Virus record (IMG/VR): IMGVR_UViG_3300050821_002136
Coordinates: 32,001-96,000 of that record
Length of the DNA stretch: 64,000 bases
Reading direction: 5' to 3' (one strand)
Origin: a virus
Shown here: positions 8,911 to 16,935 of the stretch, one piece after another
How positions within the stretch are numbered: position 1 is the stretch's first letter
Layout: each line of letters starts with the position of its first letter
Notes under the pieces: generated by a model
Told to the model about the DNA's origin: nothing
The model's input: the letters and a program-made list of their open reading frames with translations, nothing else
The model's database searches: none
Made by a program: the position numbers and the translations under genes

Positions 8911-9062
8911 TGGAACTGAATGACTTTATTTTGTTGGCCGCTGCATCCATTAGAGCAACTACCCTGAATGTTAAAAGGTATGAATATCTTCTCCGAAAAG
9001 AAGCTGTGGAAGAGGCCAAGCTTTTGTGGGAAGAAGTCCTCAGACAGGACCGAGAGCGATAA
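8910..9062 (+). CDS. Hypothetical protein
   Basis: AAGGAG RBS; TAATG coupling. Confidence 0.55.
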   Translation: MELNDFILLAAASIRATTLNVKRYEYLLRKEAVEEAKLLWEEVLRQDRER

Positions 9063-10507
9063 TGGGAAGTGCAGAAAACTTTCTGAGCAGGTTCGGTGGA
9101 GGCGCAGAAGCCGTGCCTGAGACCAACCTGCTCAGCGCCGGAGCGCCAAACGCTCTGGCTTCCTTCATGGACACATTCACAACGTCCATGGAGATTCTGT
9201 GGTTTTACAATCACACAGAAGAGGTTCGTTACAACAAAGAAGATCACGTTTATTTTCGTGTGGACCCGGACCTCGGCAACCTGATAGAATTGTACGGAGT
9301 CACCAATGTCCTGAAGAAAGCTATTGATCGCTCAGTCATGCTCGTACCGTGGGCAGCTAAGATGGCGATTGAGAAGCTGCTGAGGACAATCCCAGTTGTA
9401 CAGGACACCTCGGGAGTTTCTTGGATCGCTCCAATGACTCTCACAGACTTCACCAAGCTCGCCTTGGAAGCCAAAGGTGCACACAAAGAAAAGCTGGAAG
9501 AGGCTGGGGACATCGGGCACATTGCGCACCTGTGTCTATCTGATTCCATTCAGCACGCGATTGATCACACGAACAGCACAGTACTTGAACTGCGCAACAT
9601 TCCGACTGACGAGAAAGCCAAGGCGTGCGCTGAGGCTGGCTTAGCATGGATGCGGCTACACAATGTGCGCTGGATAAAAACTGAACAGAAGATCTATTCC
9701 CGTGAGTACGGTTACGCCGGGACCATGGACGGGCTCGCCACAGTGGACTCCTGTGGTGACCCGTCGTGCTGCACTGAGCAATTCAAGGATCGTCTATCGC
9801 TCATCGACTTCAAGAGCAGCAATGCTTTGCATATCGAGTATCTTTTTCAAACAGCGAGCTACCAACACGCGGAGCAAGAAGAGCAGGGCCTTGACATCAA
9901 GGATCGCTGGATACTTCGCCTCGGCAAGAACGAAGAAGAAGCTGGAAAGTTTGAACCATGGCACTGCACGGCTAAGGACTTCAAGGAAGACTTTGAGGGC
10001 TTCTTAACGTGCCTTGCACTCAACAAGCTTCTGGACTCCGTAAAGGAGCGCATGAGCCTGCAAAAAAAGGGCGTACGCGAAGCCAAGAAACAACTAAAGG
10101 CTATCCAGAAAGAAATAGACAAAGCTGCGGCCAAGGTCAAGAAGGAAGCCGATAAGGCACAGCTAAAGTTGGACAGAGCAGCTGAGAAAGAGAGGATCAA
10201 AGCTGATGCGAAGAAAGCCAGGGAGGAAGCCAAGCTTGCGAAGACACAAGATGCTAAAGAAAATACCTTGGTACCTGAGGACGAGGTGAAGCATGCTGAA
10301 GTGGAGCGAGTCAAAGAATCAGTATTGCCCATTGTGTCCGAGAATGCCGAACCAACCGACGTTTGCGTACACACTGTGGAACGACCCAAGCATGCAGAGG
10401 CACCTGCTATCCCACTCGTGGTTGCAGATCCTGTTTCTTCATCTCGGCCTATTGAGGAAGAAGCCCCAATAGAACGCAAGCCGTTTGTGGTACCCATGGA
10501 GGGATGA
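9062..10507 (+). CDS. PD-(D/E)XK exonuclease (lambda-Exo/Cas4-like) with a charged coiled-coil tail
   Basis: G.IAH, EQKIYSREYGYAGTMDG, LIDFKSS, Y..Q.A.Y. Confidence 0.85.
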   Translation: MGSAENFLSRFGGGAEAVPETNLLSAGAPNALASFMDTFTTSMEILWFYNHTEEVRYNKEDHVYFRVDPDLGNLIELYGVTNVLKKAIDRSVMLVPWAAKMAIEKLLRTIPVVQDTSGVSWIAPMTLTDFTKLALEAKGAHKEKLEEAGDIGHIAHLCLSDSIQHAIDHTNSTVLELRNIPTDEKAKACAEAGLAWMRLHNVRWIKTEQKIYSREYGYAGTMDGLATVDSCGDPSCCTEQFKDRLSLIDFKSSNALHIEYLFQTASYQHAEQEEQGLDIKDRWILRLGKNEEEAGKFEPWHCTAKDFKEDFEGFLTCLALNKLLDSVKERMSLQKKGVREAKKQLKAIQKEIDKAAAKVKKEADKAQLKLDRAAEKERIKADAKKAREEAKLAKTQDAKENTLVPEDEVKHAEVERVKESVLPIVSENAEPTDVCVHTVERPKHAEAPAIPLVVADPVSSSRPIEEEAPIERKPFVVPMEG

Positions 10508-10689
10508 TGACACCAGCGGACGTTATCAAGACAATAGAGGAGCTGGACCCTACGAAGGACTGCTGGTTCGTCAGACACAATGACGACCAGCTGGTGTACA
10601 TCGTAGGACATCTGCCTGATGGACAAAGAGTCTGTACAGCACTTCCCACAGCTATTCACAAAACTGAAATCAAACAGGAGAAACAATGA
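10504..10689 (+). CDS. Hypothetical protein
   Basis: GGAGG RBS; coupled on both sides. Confidence 0.6.
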   Translation: MMTPADVIKTIEELDPTKDCWFVRHNDDQLVYIVGHLPDGQRVCTALPTAIHKTEIKQEKQ

Positions 10690-11633
10690 GCGATGCACTG
10701 GTAGTACTGAACAACAACACAGCTATAATGTCTGGGGGCGTAGGTCTCGGCTCCTCGATTTTCAAAGCACGCCCTAGCTTTCTGGAACTGGTCCATAAGA
10801 GCAGCCGTCAAGAGAATGTGGTGCCCGGGGAATTCCGAGTGTTGTCAACGAATGAGCACCTGGGCAAGACCATTCGCGCAGTGCTCTTGGCCGTACCTCA
10901 GCCACGTCGTGAGTGGTACCGTGATCCCACCGTGTTCTCTAAGGACAACAAGGCATGCTTCTCGCTGGACGGCATTCGTCCACATGACCGTGCAGCTGAC
11001 CCTCAGGCCATGTACTGCGCAAAGTGCCCCAAGGGAGACATCAACTGGAACACATGGCGCAAGACGAAGGACCCCAAGGATCTCCCTCCGTGCGGTGCGT
11101 ATTGGCACTTGTTACTCGCTGATCGTGCAACACAGACGCCTTACTACCTCGACATCAAGGGCACAAGCGCTTCGCCCTTCAAGCAAGCCATGGAAACTCA
11201 GATGTCCGGCCTGCTTGCGAAGTTGATGGCCAATGTACGTGCTGAGAATAAGCAGCGCGGATATTCGCTAGTGACTCTGCAAAATCAGGAAACCGGAGAG
11301 CAGTTCCAAGAGTTCCGTACGACGCCTGGGTTTACTGTGCCAGAAACTGGGCAGCTCCCAATCTTGCCGATGCCGAACATCTTTGACATCAGCTTCGATA
11401 TCTACGCTGCAAGCAAAGATGGTGGACCGTACGTCATGGGCTTCAAGAACTTTGCTCTAATGAAGCCTGAGGACAAAGCTGAGTTTGGTCAGTTGTACCT
11501 CGACCTGATGCAGCAACGCGCAGAAGCACAGCAAGTGCAGCAGAACGACGAAGCCGAGGTAGATGCGGCAGTGGCCGAAGCCCCTGCTCAGCAAGCCAAG
11601 GGTGGTGAAGTTCTGCCGCCAATCACAATCTAA
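10686..11633 (+). CDS. Putative Zn-binding ssDNA-binding or annealing protein
   Basis: CFSLDG..P...Q...C..CP...W...C motif; acidic Gln/Ala tail; next to the exonuclease. Confidence 0.55.
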   Translation: MSDALVVLNNNTAIMSGGVGLGSSIFKARPSFLELVHKSSRQENVVPGEFRVLSTNEHLGKTIRAVLLAVPQPRREWYRDPTVFSKDNKACFSLDGIRPHDRAADPQAMYCAKCPKGDINWNTWRKTKDPKDLPPCGAYWHLLLADRATQTPYYLDIKGTSASPFKQAMETQMSGLLAKLMANVRAENKQRGYSLVTLQNQETGEQFQEFRTTPGFTVPETGQLPILPMPNIFDISFDIYAASKDGGPYVMGFKNFALMKPEDKAEFGQLYLDLMQQRAEAQQVQQNDEAEVDAAVAEAPAQQAKGGEVLPPITI

Positions 11634-11646
11634 AAAGGAGAAAATA

Positions 11647-11868
11647 ATGTTGAAAATAGAACTCAACGGGGAAAGGAACTATGAGCTTGCTAAGTTGTCA
11701 GCCAAGCTTATCGACGGAGACTTAGTGATCACTGACGAAACCGCTGGTTGGTCTCTGGTTGCTTTGCGTATCGTGGACAATAAGATCAACCTTGTGCGCT
11801 ACAACAGCATCGCTGATAAGAATTACAACACAGACAAACAGGGCAGGCTTGTAGAAGTGCCCGAGTAG
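11647..11868 (+). CDS. Hypothetical protein
   Basis: AAGGAG RBS; start at MLKIELNG. Confidence 0.7.
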   Translation: MLKIELNGERNYELAKLSAKLIDGDLVITDETAGWSLVALRIVDNKINLVRYNSIADKNYNTDKQGRLVEVPE

Positions 11869-11899
11869 GTCGTCGCGGCGACGTTAAGCCGATGGTGGA

Positions 11900-12014
11900 G
11901 GCGTGCGGTTCTACAGGGGGAGGGCTTAGCGGCCCTGGTGGAAATCTGAGCACTAAGGTGAGGCAAAGATGAAATCTCAGATATGAACTCCCTTCCCCTG
12001 TAGGGCCGTACGCC
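11900..12014 (+). ncRNA. Unassigned structured RNA element (25-bp closing stem with branched interior)
   Basis: 11900-11924 pairs fully with 11990-12014; all 4 non-Watson-Crick pairs are G.U on the + strand; inner ATCTGAG/CTCAGAT stem. Confidence 0.6.
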
Positions 12015-12025
12015 CCGTAAGTTAT

Positions 12026-12325
12026 GGATGTATGAAGCTGAGGTACGAGTTGCAAGACCCGGTTTCGATACCGGCAGGTCCACCACAACGCTTCAGGTAT
12101 AACGGCATTACCGGCGTACACCCGGAGAGCGGGTCTCGCTGAAGCGTTTTGATGGGCCTGAAAGGTTTCGATTGCGACTACGAGACAGCAGTGGACATCC
12201 CGAGATGACGTGGCCCTCGTTAAAAGGACACGTAACAACCAACCGCGACTGAAAAGCCGATGGTTATGGCAGCTGCCGCAGGGCGCTAGCCATAGGGTGG
12301 GCAGGGTCAAACCTGCCCTACCGAT
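12026..12325 (+). ncRNA. ssrA: Circularly permuted (two-piece) tmRNA: acceptor piece ~12026-12085, intervening segment 12086-12153, coding piece 12154-~12325
   Basis: 3' end GAC-CCGGT-TTCGAT-ACCGG-CAGGTCC-A-CCA precedes the 5' end GGGCCTG-AAAGGTTTCGA. The 7-bp acceptor stem has G3.U70 and discriminator A. Helix 2 pairings, PK1 and a tag ORF are present. Outer boundaries are approximate. Confidence 0.9.
12245..12289 (+). other. tmRNA tag reading frame (A)ATEKPMVMAAAAGR*
   Basis: GCG resume codon 11 nt after PK1, preceded by CAACC; ends TAG CCA TAG within helix 5 (TATGGC/GCCATA). Confidence 0.8.
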
Positions 12326-12328
12326 TTT
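12296..12328 (+). terminator. Hairpin ending the tmRNA coding piece (terminator-like)
   Basis: GGGCAGG-GTCAAA-CCTGCCC followed by a short T run. Confidence 0.55.
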
Positions 12329-12368
12329 AGATTCAGATGTACAAACCCAAACAGGAGAAACAACATCA

Positions 12369-12899
12369 ATGAAGTACCTTAGCTCCATCTTAGCAATTCT
12401 CGTTCTTTCCATTGCGGCCTTTTCTCAGGATTACCCAGTAGGCCCGAACGTAGGCAAGGCAACCACGCCGTACGCAACCACCAACTTCTCGGCCACATTC
12501 GACGGCCCAGTGACTGCAATGTTGCCAACGAGGAATGGCGAGAACACCAGCACCGATTACAAGTACGTTTCTCAGAACGGCAAAGTTGCAGAAGCAGTCA
12601 CGGTTCGCTTTATTGACCATGACATTGCTGTGGACTATACGTCCTCCGACTTCTACGCCAACGACGACCGCACGGGCGGCACGGTAGACACGGCTAACAC
12701 CAGTCATGATTCGTGGAATGGTGCGCCGTTCACTTATACGTACCGTACCTTTACGCTCGATGGTGTGATACTGACCAAGCGTACTCGTTACATCATCGTG
12801 AATGCTCGTGAGGCCATCTTCATTCAGCAAATCACGGCTGTTGGATATGAAGATCGGCCGGAATGGCTGGACTTCGAGTACTCGTTACGCATCAAGTGA
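12369..12899 (+). CDS. Secreted/periplasmic protein
   Basis: AGGAG RBS; signal peptide MKYLSSILAILVLSIAAFSQ. Confidence 0.75.
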   Translation: MKYLSSILAILVLSIAAFSQDYPVGPNVGKATTPYATTNFSATFDGPVTAMLPTRNGENTSTDYKYVSQNGKVAEAVTVRFIDHDIAVDYTSSDFYANDDRTGGTVDTANTSHDSWNGAPFTYTYRTFTLDGVILTKRTRYIIVNAREAIFIQQITAVGYEDRPEWLDFEYSLRIK

Positions 12900-12908
12900 A
12901 CGAACAAT

Positions 12909-12937
12909 GGGGAGGGTCAAACCTCCCCTCTATTTTT
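12909..12937 (+). terminator. Rho-independent terminator
   Basis: GGGGAGG-GTCAAA-CCTCCCC followed by TCTATTTTT. Confidence 0.7.
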
Positions 12938-12955
12938 CTGTTAAGGAGGAAAATA

Positions 12956-13132
12956 ATGGAAGAACATGTCAAAAACATTCTGGCTTTAGCCTGGGCCTCG
13001 TTCGATACGCCGCTCTGGCACGCTCGTAAAGAGATGCAAGAATACCTTGAGAAACATTTTGAGCTAAAGAAAGTAGCCACAGCTGCCGACGCTGCGGAAG
13101 GTTGGAACGGGCGCATGCCTAAGTACTTCTAA
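12956..13132 (+). CDS. Hypothetical protein
   Basis: AAGGAGG RBS. Confidence 0.7.
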   Translation: MEEHVKNILALAWASFDTPLWHARKEMQEYLEKHFELKKVATAADAAEGWNGRMPKYF

Positions 13133-13140
13133 GGAGAACC

Positions 13141-13971
13141 ATGGAGCCCATTGTAATCGTAGGAGAAGCCGTAGCAGGCCGAGAAGCCAAGCTAGCCGCT
13201 CTGCGTAAACGCATACGAGCCTTGGCCAATGACATAGAGATAAACACCTTCGACTTGGCTGAGGCTTTTTTTCAAGCTCAGGAATCCCATTGCTATGTTG
13301 AGTGGGGCTTCGAATCTCTCGGTGAGTACGCGTCGTTGGAGCTAGGCATCAAGCATAGGAAGGCGCAGTACCTCGCTCGAATAGTTCGTGTCTGCCGTGC
13401 CTGTGGAGTAGCTAGGAAGGACTACGAGCCTGTAGGTGTATCCAAGCTTCGCGTCATTACAGGGTTGGACCCTGAAAGCTCCTTCTTCAACACAGAGACA
13501 AAGACCAACGAGCCCATGGTTGAGCATATCGTGCGCCTTATTGCTGAAGCTCCTGAACTAACCACAGTTGAAGTAGAGGACGAAGTGCAGCGGCTGATGG
13601 GCAACGTGGGCGAGAATGCCATGGTGACTAAGAGCTACCGAGTCACCAAGAGTGCCTATGAGAACACCGTGCAACGTTGCTTCGAGTCAGTACGGAAGCG
13701 ACTAGGCAGCAAAGGCCGGGACGGCACAGGTGCAGCCGTGGAGTATACGGACGGCAATTGCTTGGAAGCTGTCTGCGCCGAGTACAATAGTGATCCAAGA
13801 AATTTCATGGAAGAGCTGGACGAAAGCAAAGAACAAATCGAAGTACCGGAGGAACCAAATGCACACATTAGAGATGTCACCGGAGCACCCGTTCATGTGG
13901 CTAGCGAGGAAGCAGCACAAGACTCACTTCCGAGAACGCACGTCCCGTTCATCGTACCTACCGAAGACTAA
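13141..13971 (+). CDS. Hypothetical protein, probably DNA-binding (helical/HTH-like)
   Basis: AAGGAG RBS; Y.EWGFESLGEYA..ELGI..RKAQYL..I pattern. Confidence 0.6.
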   Translation: MEPIVIVGEAVAGREAKLAALRKRIRALANDIEINTFDLAEAFFQAQESHCYVEWGFESLGEYASLELGIKHRKAQYLARIVRVCRACGVARKDYEPVGVSKLRVITGLDPESSFFNTETKTNEPMVEHIVRLIAEAPELTTVEVEDEVQRLMGNVGENAMVTKSYRVTKSAYENTVQRCFESVRKRLGSKGRDGTGAAVEYTDGNCLEAVCAEYNSDPRNFMEELDESKEQIEVPEEPNAHIRDVTGAPVHVASEEAAQDSLPRTHVPFIVPTED

Positions 13972-14245
13972 TACCCTGGGTCTCTATGATGGAAGCGCAG
14001 AAGCCCGGGCTATCGTGAACAACGCTATGCAAGAAGTGGAAGCAAGAGAAGTGCTTGCTGCTTGTATACTTTTGCATGTCCTGCACTATCTAAAAGGTAT
14101 GGACACTGTGGAAGGCTCTTTTACTGCTGAGTTCTTTGAGGGTACTGATCCTTTCAAAGAGGAAGAAAAGGACTTTGAAGACTCCGTGGAAAAGAACAAA
14201 GAATTACTGGAGAAACTCTCTGATGAGTCTACGTCTGGAAGTTGA
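13859..14245 (+). CDS. Hypothetical protein
   Basis: GGAGG RBS before MHTLEMSPEHPF; overlaps the upstream acidic tail. Confidence 0.55.
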   Translation: MHTLEMSPEHPFMWLARKQHKTHFRERTSRSSYLPKTNTLGLYDGSAEARAIVNNAMQEVEAREVLAACILLHVLHYLKGMDTVEGSFTAEFFEGTDPFKEEEKDFEDSVEKNKELLEKLSDESTSGS

Positions 14246-14537
14246 GGAGTACCGTGCGCTCTGGATGAGCGTCCTTGAACGTGACGGATGGAGATGCCGT
14301 AATCCCAGGTGTGGTATGAGAAATAATCTTCATGTGCACCATGTAATTTATAGAAGTGAATTAGGGCCGGACGAAAGCTGGAACCTAGTCACTCTGTGCA
14401 GCGATTGTCATGATGCTGTACACAACTACAAGCTCTTCATCGGTGTTGGTCCTGACTGCACGATAGGGGTTGGTGGTGGGGCTGACGGACGTTTGATCTT
14501 CACAGGAGGCTATCTTGCTAATTATTCTGGCACATAA
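14223..14537 (+). CDS. HNH endonuclease (McrA-like)
   Basis: VLERDGWRC...C...LHVHH...NLVTLCSDCH..VH. Confidence 0.88.
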   Translation: MSLRLEVEEYRALWMSVLERDGWRCRNPRCGMRNNLHVHHVIYRSELGPDESWNLVTLCSDCHDAVHNYKLFIGVGPDCTIGVGGGADGRLIFTGGYLANYSGT

Positions 14538-14712
14538 CACAACTGGGACCAAAGAGGACGGCACCTCAGACTACAATGTAGAAGCCAGAGTTAACGAGCG
14601 AGTGATTGCCAAGATGGTCGTCAAAGGCCACATCAGAAACGCAGGCGCGGCAGTACTGCTCAGGAAAATAGCCGACACTTGGGAGAACGGAGCAGGTTAT
14701 CGCGCTCCTTAA
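14515..14712 (+). CDS. Hypothetical protein
   Basis: AGGAGG with TTG start. Confidence 0.65.
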   Translation: MLIILAHNTTGTKEDGTSDYNVEARVNERVIAKMVVKGHIRNAGAAVLLRKIADTWENGAGYRAP

Positions 14713-14726
14713 GAAAAGAGAAAATA

Positions 14727-15500
14727 ATGAGAACACTTAATATGCTTCTGATTGCGCTGGCACTATGTTGTACACCCGCGCTCGCTAATAACTGTAAGGG
14801 CAACGACGCACGAGACCACGCCACGACCGAAGGCAAGGGAGACGACCACGGCAAGGGGGACGACAATTGCAAGACACATGAGCCCGAACGTCCCGAAAGA
14901 CCCGAGCGTCCCGAACCTCCCAAACACATACGGCCCACTCCTCCCCCAGTCAACGTAACAAGCACTAATACGAACACCAACACCGCGACATCTTCATCCA
15001 GCAGCACAGCGTCTGCTAATGGCAACGGCAACAACTCGAATAACACCACGGTAGAAGCCCCCAAGATTCCCGTGTCGTCCGCTATTACTCCTCCCATCAT
15101 GCCTACCGTGCCTTGCTTCAAGGGTTTCGGTGGCAGTGCTCAGACCATGGCCTTCGGCGCATCCTTCGGTGGTGGTAAGATCGACAAGGGCTGCAACGCT
15201 AGAGAGCTGGCACGATCCTTCTCAGGACCACAGACGGTTGCATCATGTAAGATTCTGTTGGCAACCAAGGAAGCAAAGGCCGCAGGGATCACCATGGAAG
15301 ACTGTCTTCCTCCTCTGGTACTTACTCCTGTAGCTGAACCTATCACCCCGGTAGTTGCTCCTATTCCCGTCACCGTGAACATTGTGTTGCCGAACGGTGA
15401 CTTTCTTGAAAGTAAGCGAACGGTGACACCGAGTGTTACAAAGAAGGCTGTACAACGTCACAGACACATGACACCTAGCTGCCAGAACGTCGTGCAGTAG
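14727..15500 (+). CDS. Secreted Pro/Thr/Asn-rich protein with Cys pairs
   Basis: Signal peptide; GKGDD x2 and PERPER repeats. Confidence 0.7.
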   Translation: MRTLNMLLIALALCCTPALANNCKGNDARDHATTEGKGDDHGKGDDNCKTHEPERPERPERPEPPKHIRPTPPPVNVTSTNTNTNTATSSSSSTASANGNGNNSNNTTVEAPKIPVSSAITPPIMPTVPCFKGFGGSAQTMAFGASFGGGKIDKGCNARELARSFSGPQTVASCKILLATKEAKAAGITMEDCLPPLVLTPVAEPITPVVAPIPVTVNIVLPNGDFLESKRTVTPSVTKKAVQRHRHMTPSCQNVVQ

Positions 15501-15522
15501 GTTTGCAAAGGAGAAAAATAAC

Positions 15523-15753
15523 ATGAACAGAATTTCACCGAGCACTACCAGAAAACCTAATGGTAAAGTGAAAGACCTTAAGAACGGTTCCATAGTAAGA
15601 TGGGGTGGTGGTTTTTACGTTGTCCTTCTTTACATGGCCAACGCTTCACAAATCGGAGCAGTTTCTCTGCAAGACGGTGGCTATCTGACCCCAGATACTG
15701 TCGTGGAAATTGTGCCTGCGGGAGATGTACTCACACTCACAGTCGGTGAATAG
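15523..15753 (+). CDS. Hypothetical protein
   Basis: AAGGAG RBS. Confidence 0.65.
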   Translation: MNRISPSTTRKPNGKVKDLKNGSIVRWGGGFYVVLLYMANASQIGAVSLQDGGYLTPDTVVEIVPAGDVLTLTVGE

Positions 15754-15763
15754 GAGAATTGAC

Positions 15764-16351
15764 ATGTTGAAATGGACTCTGGTACTTTGCTTAGCCTTCC
15801 TCCTTGGCATTACAGCAAGTGCCAGGGTCCGTCCGCGAGGGCACAAAAATTTTCCGGCGACACACGATTCAGTGCATTTGGAAAATGAAGTTGCGAATTC
15901 CATGGGGGCCTACAGGTATTTTACTCAGGCCCAAGTGGACACAGATGTGATTAACCGGCACCTTTCTGCCATTCATGAGTGCACAGTGTACGTAGTCGCA
16001 CCAAAGCTGTCGATTGAACGCAGATATGCACTGCCTGCCACAACTGCTTTTCTGTACGAGCTGTCCAAGGAGTACTACGAAGTATTCAAGCAGCCACTGA
16101 TGGTAGACAGTGCAATTAGACCCGCTACAGTGCAACGCGGCTTGCACATGCGCAATGCTGCCCCTGCGTACGGAGAGAACGCAAGTAGCCATGAACGCGG
16201 CACTACTGTGGATCTCTCCCGCAAGATGAGCAAGACTGAGTACAAGTGGCTGATAGTAAAACTGCTGTACTACAGAGCGATAGGGAGAATCCTGGTGATC
16301 GAAGAACGACATTGCTTTCACATTTTCGTCATAGGAGACCTGTCGCAATGA
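15764..16351 (+). CDS. Secreted DUF5715-like / peptidase M15 (Hedgehog/DD-peptidase fold) protein
   Basis: Signal peptide; PL.VDSAIR...Q..L..RNAAP...SSHERGTTVDL...EE..CFHI (H-D-H Zn triad). Confidence 0.78.
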   Translation: MLKWTLVLCLAFLLGITASARVRPRGHKNFPATHDSVHLENEVANSMGAYRYFTQAQVDTDVINRHLSAIHECTVYVVAPKLSIERRYALPATTAFLYELSKEYYEVFKQPLMVDSAIRPATVQRGLHMRNAAPAYGENASSHERGTTVDLSRKMSKTEYKWLIVKLLYYRAIGRILVIEERHCFHIFVIGDLSQ

Positions 16352-16935
16352 CAGACTTTTGGACTACAGACAAGCGTTTGCGTAAGGCCCTAGACGACAT
16401 TCATCGTCAACTGGTGTGTCACTGTGGTTGCTATAGACATCACGGACTCGATTGGATGCCAGAAGGTTCTGGTGAAGGACTAGCTGAGGCTATGGGAATT
16501 CTGCGGGACCTGTTAGACGAAGGCACAGGTACCACCTGCAAAACTACTAAGGGGTATCCTAGATGCACCTCAGGGCCTCTACGACACAAGTACATTCATC
16601 GCATCGTAGCAGCAGCTCTTATCGGCCGAGAGCTGGAACGCTCCGAGGAAGTCCACCACAAAGATGGGGACAGACGCAATTTCAACTGGGACAATCTGCT
16701 CGTGCTAGGCCAGAAAGATCATGGCTGGGTCTCAGCTAAGCAAGCATGGTACATGAAGGAAATAGACGTTAAGCTGAAGACTGAATGGGAAGACTTCATG
16801 AAGTCTGAGGAGAAGCGTTTCGACGCTGAAGTACGGGCCTGCAAAGCTGATGGCCGTGCATACGGAGTAGAAGACGGAACAATGAAAGAAAGATTCGAAG
16901 GAGGACGCCTTGGAATTCCCAGCACTAGCACGTAA
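16348..16935 (+). CDS. HNH endonuclease-domain protein (HNH_3-like)
   Basis: YIHRIVA...GR.L...EEVHHKDGDRRN...NL. Confidence 0.8.
   Translation: MTDFWTTDKRLRKALDDIHRQLVCHCGCYRHHGLDWMPEGSGEGLAEAMGILRDLLDEGTGTTCKTTKGYPRCTSGPLRHKYIHRIVAAALIGRELERSEEVHHKDGDRRNFNWDNLLVLGQKDHGWVSAKQAWYMKEIDVKLKTEWEDFMKSEEKRFDAEVRACKADGRAYGVEDGTMKERFEGGRLGIPSTST

Noticed and set aside
11900-12014. 6S RNA, SRP RNA or hammerhead ribozyme
   Set aside because: Too short for 6S, no SRP GNRA/helix-8 motif, and no CUGANGA core. Left unassigned.
12056-12085. tRNA gene or attP-type tRNA fragment
   Set aside because: There is no D or anticodon arm upstream. The matching acceptor strand lies downstream together with PK1 and a tag, and no integrase is nearby.
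11786-12412. ORFs over the ncRNA region (11786-12412 -, 11823-12086 -, and the N-terminal extension from 12210)
   Set aside because: No RBS or protein-like features. The real start is 12369, with AGGAG and a signal peptide.
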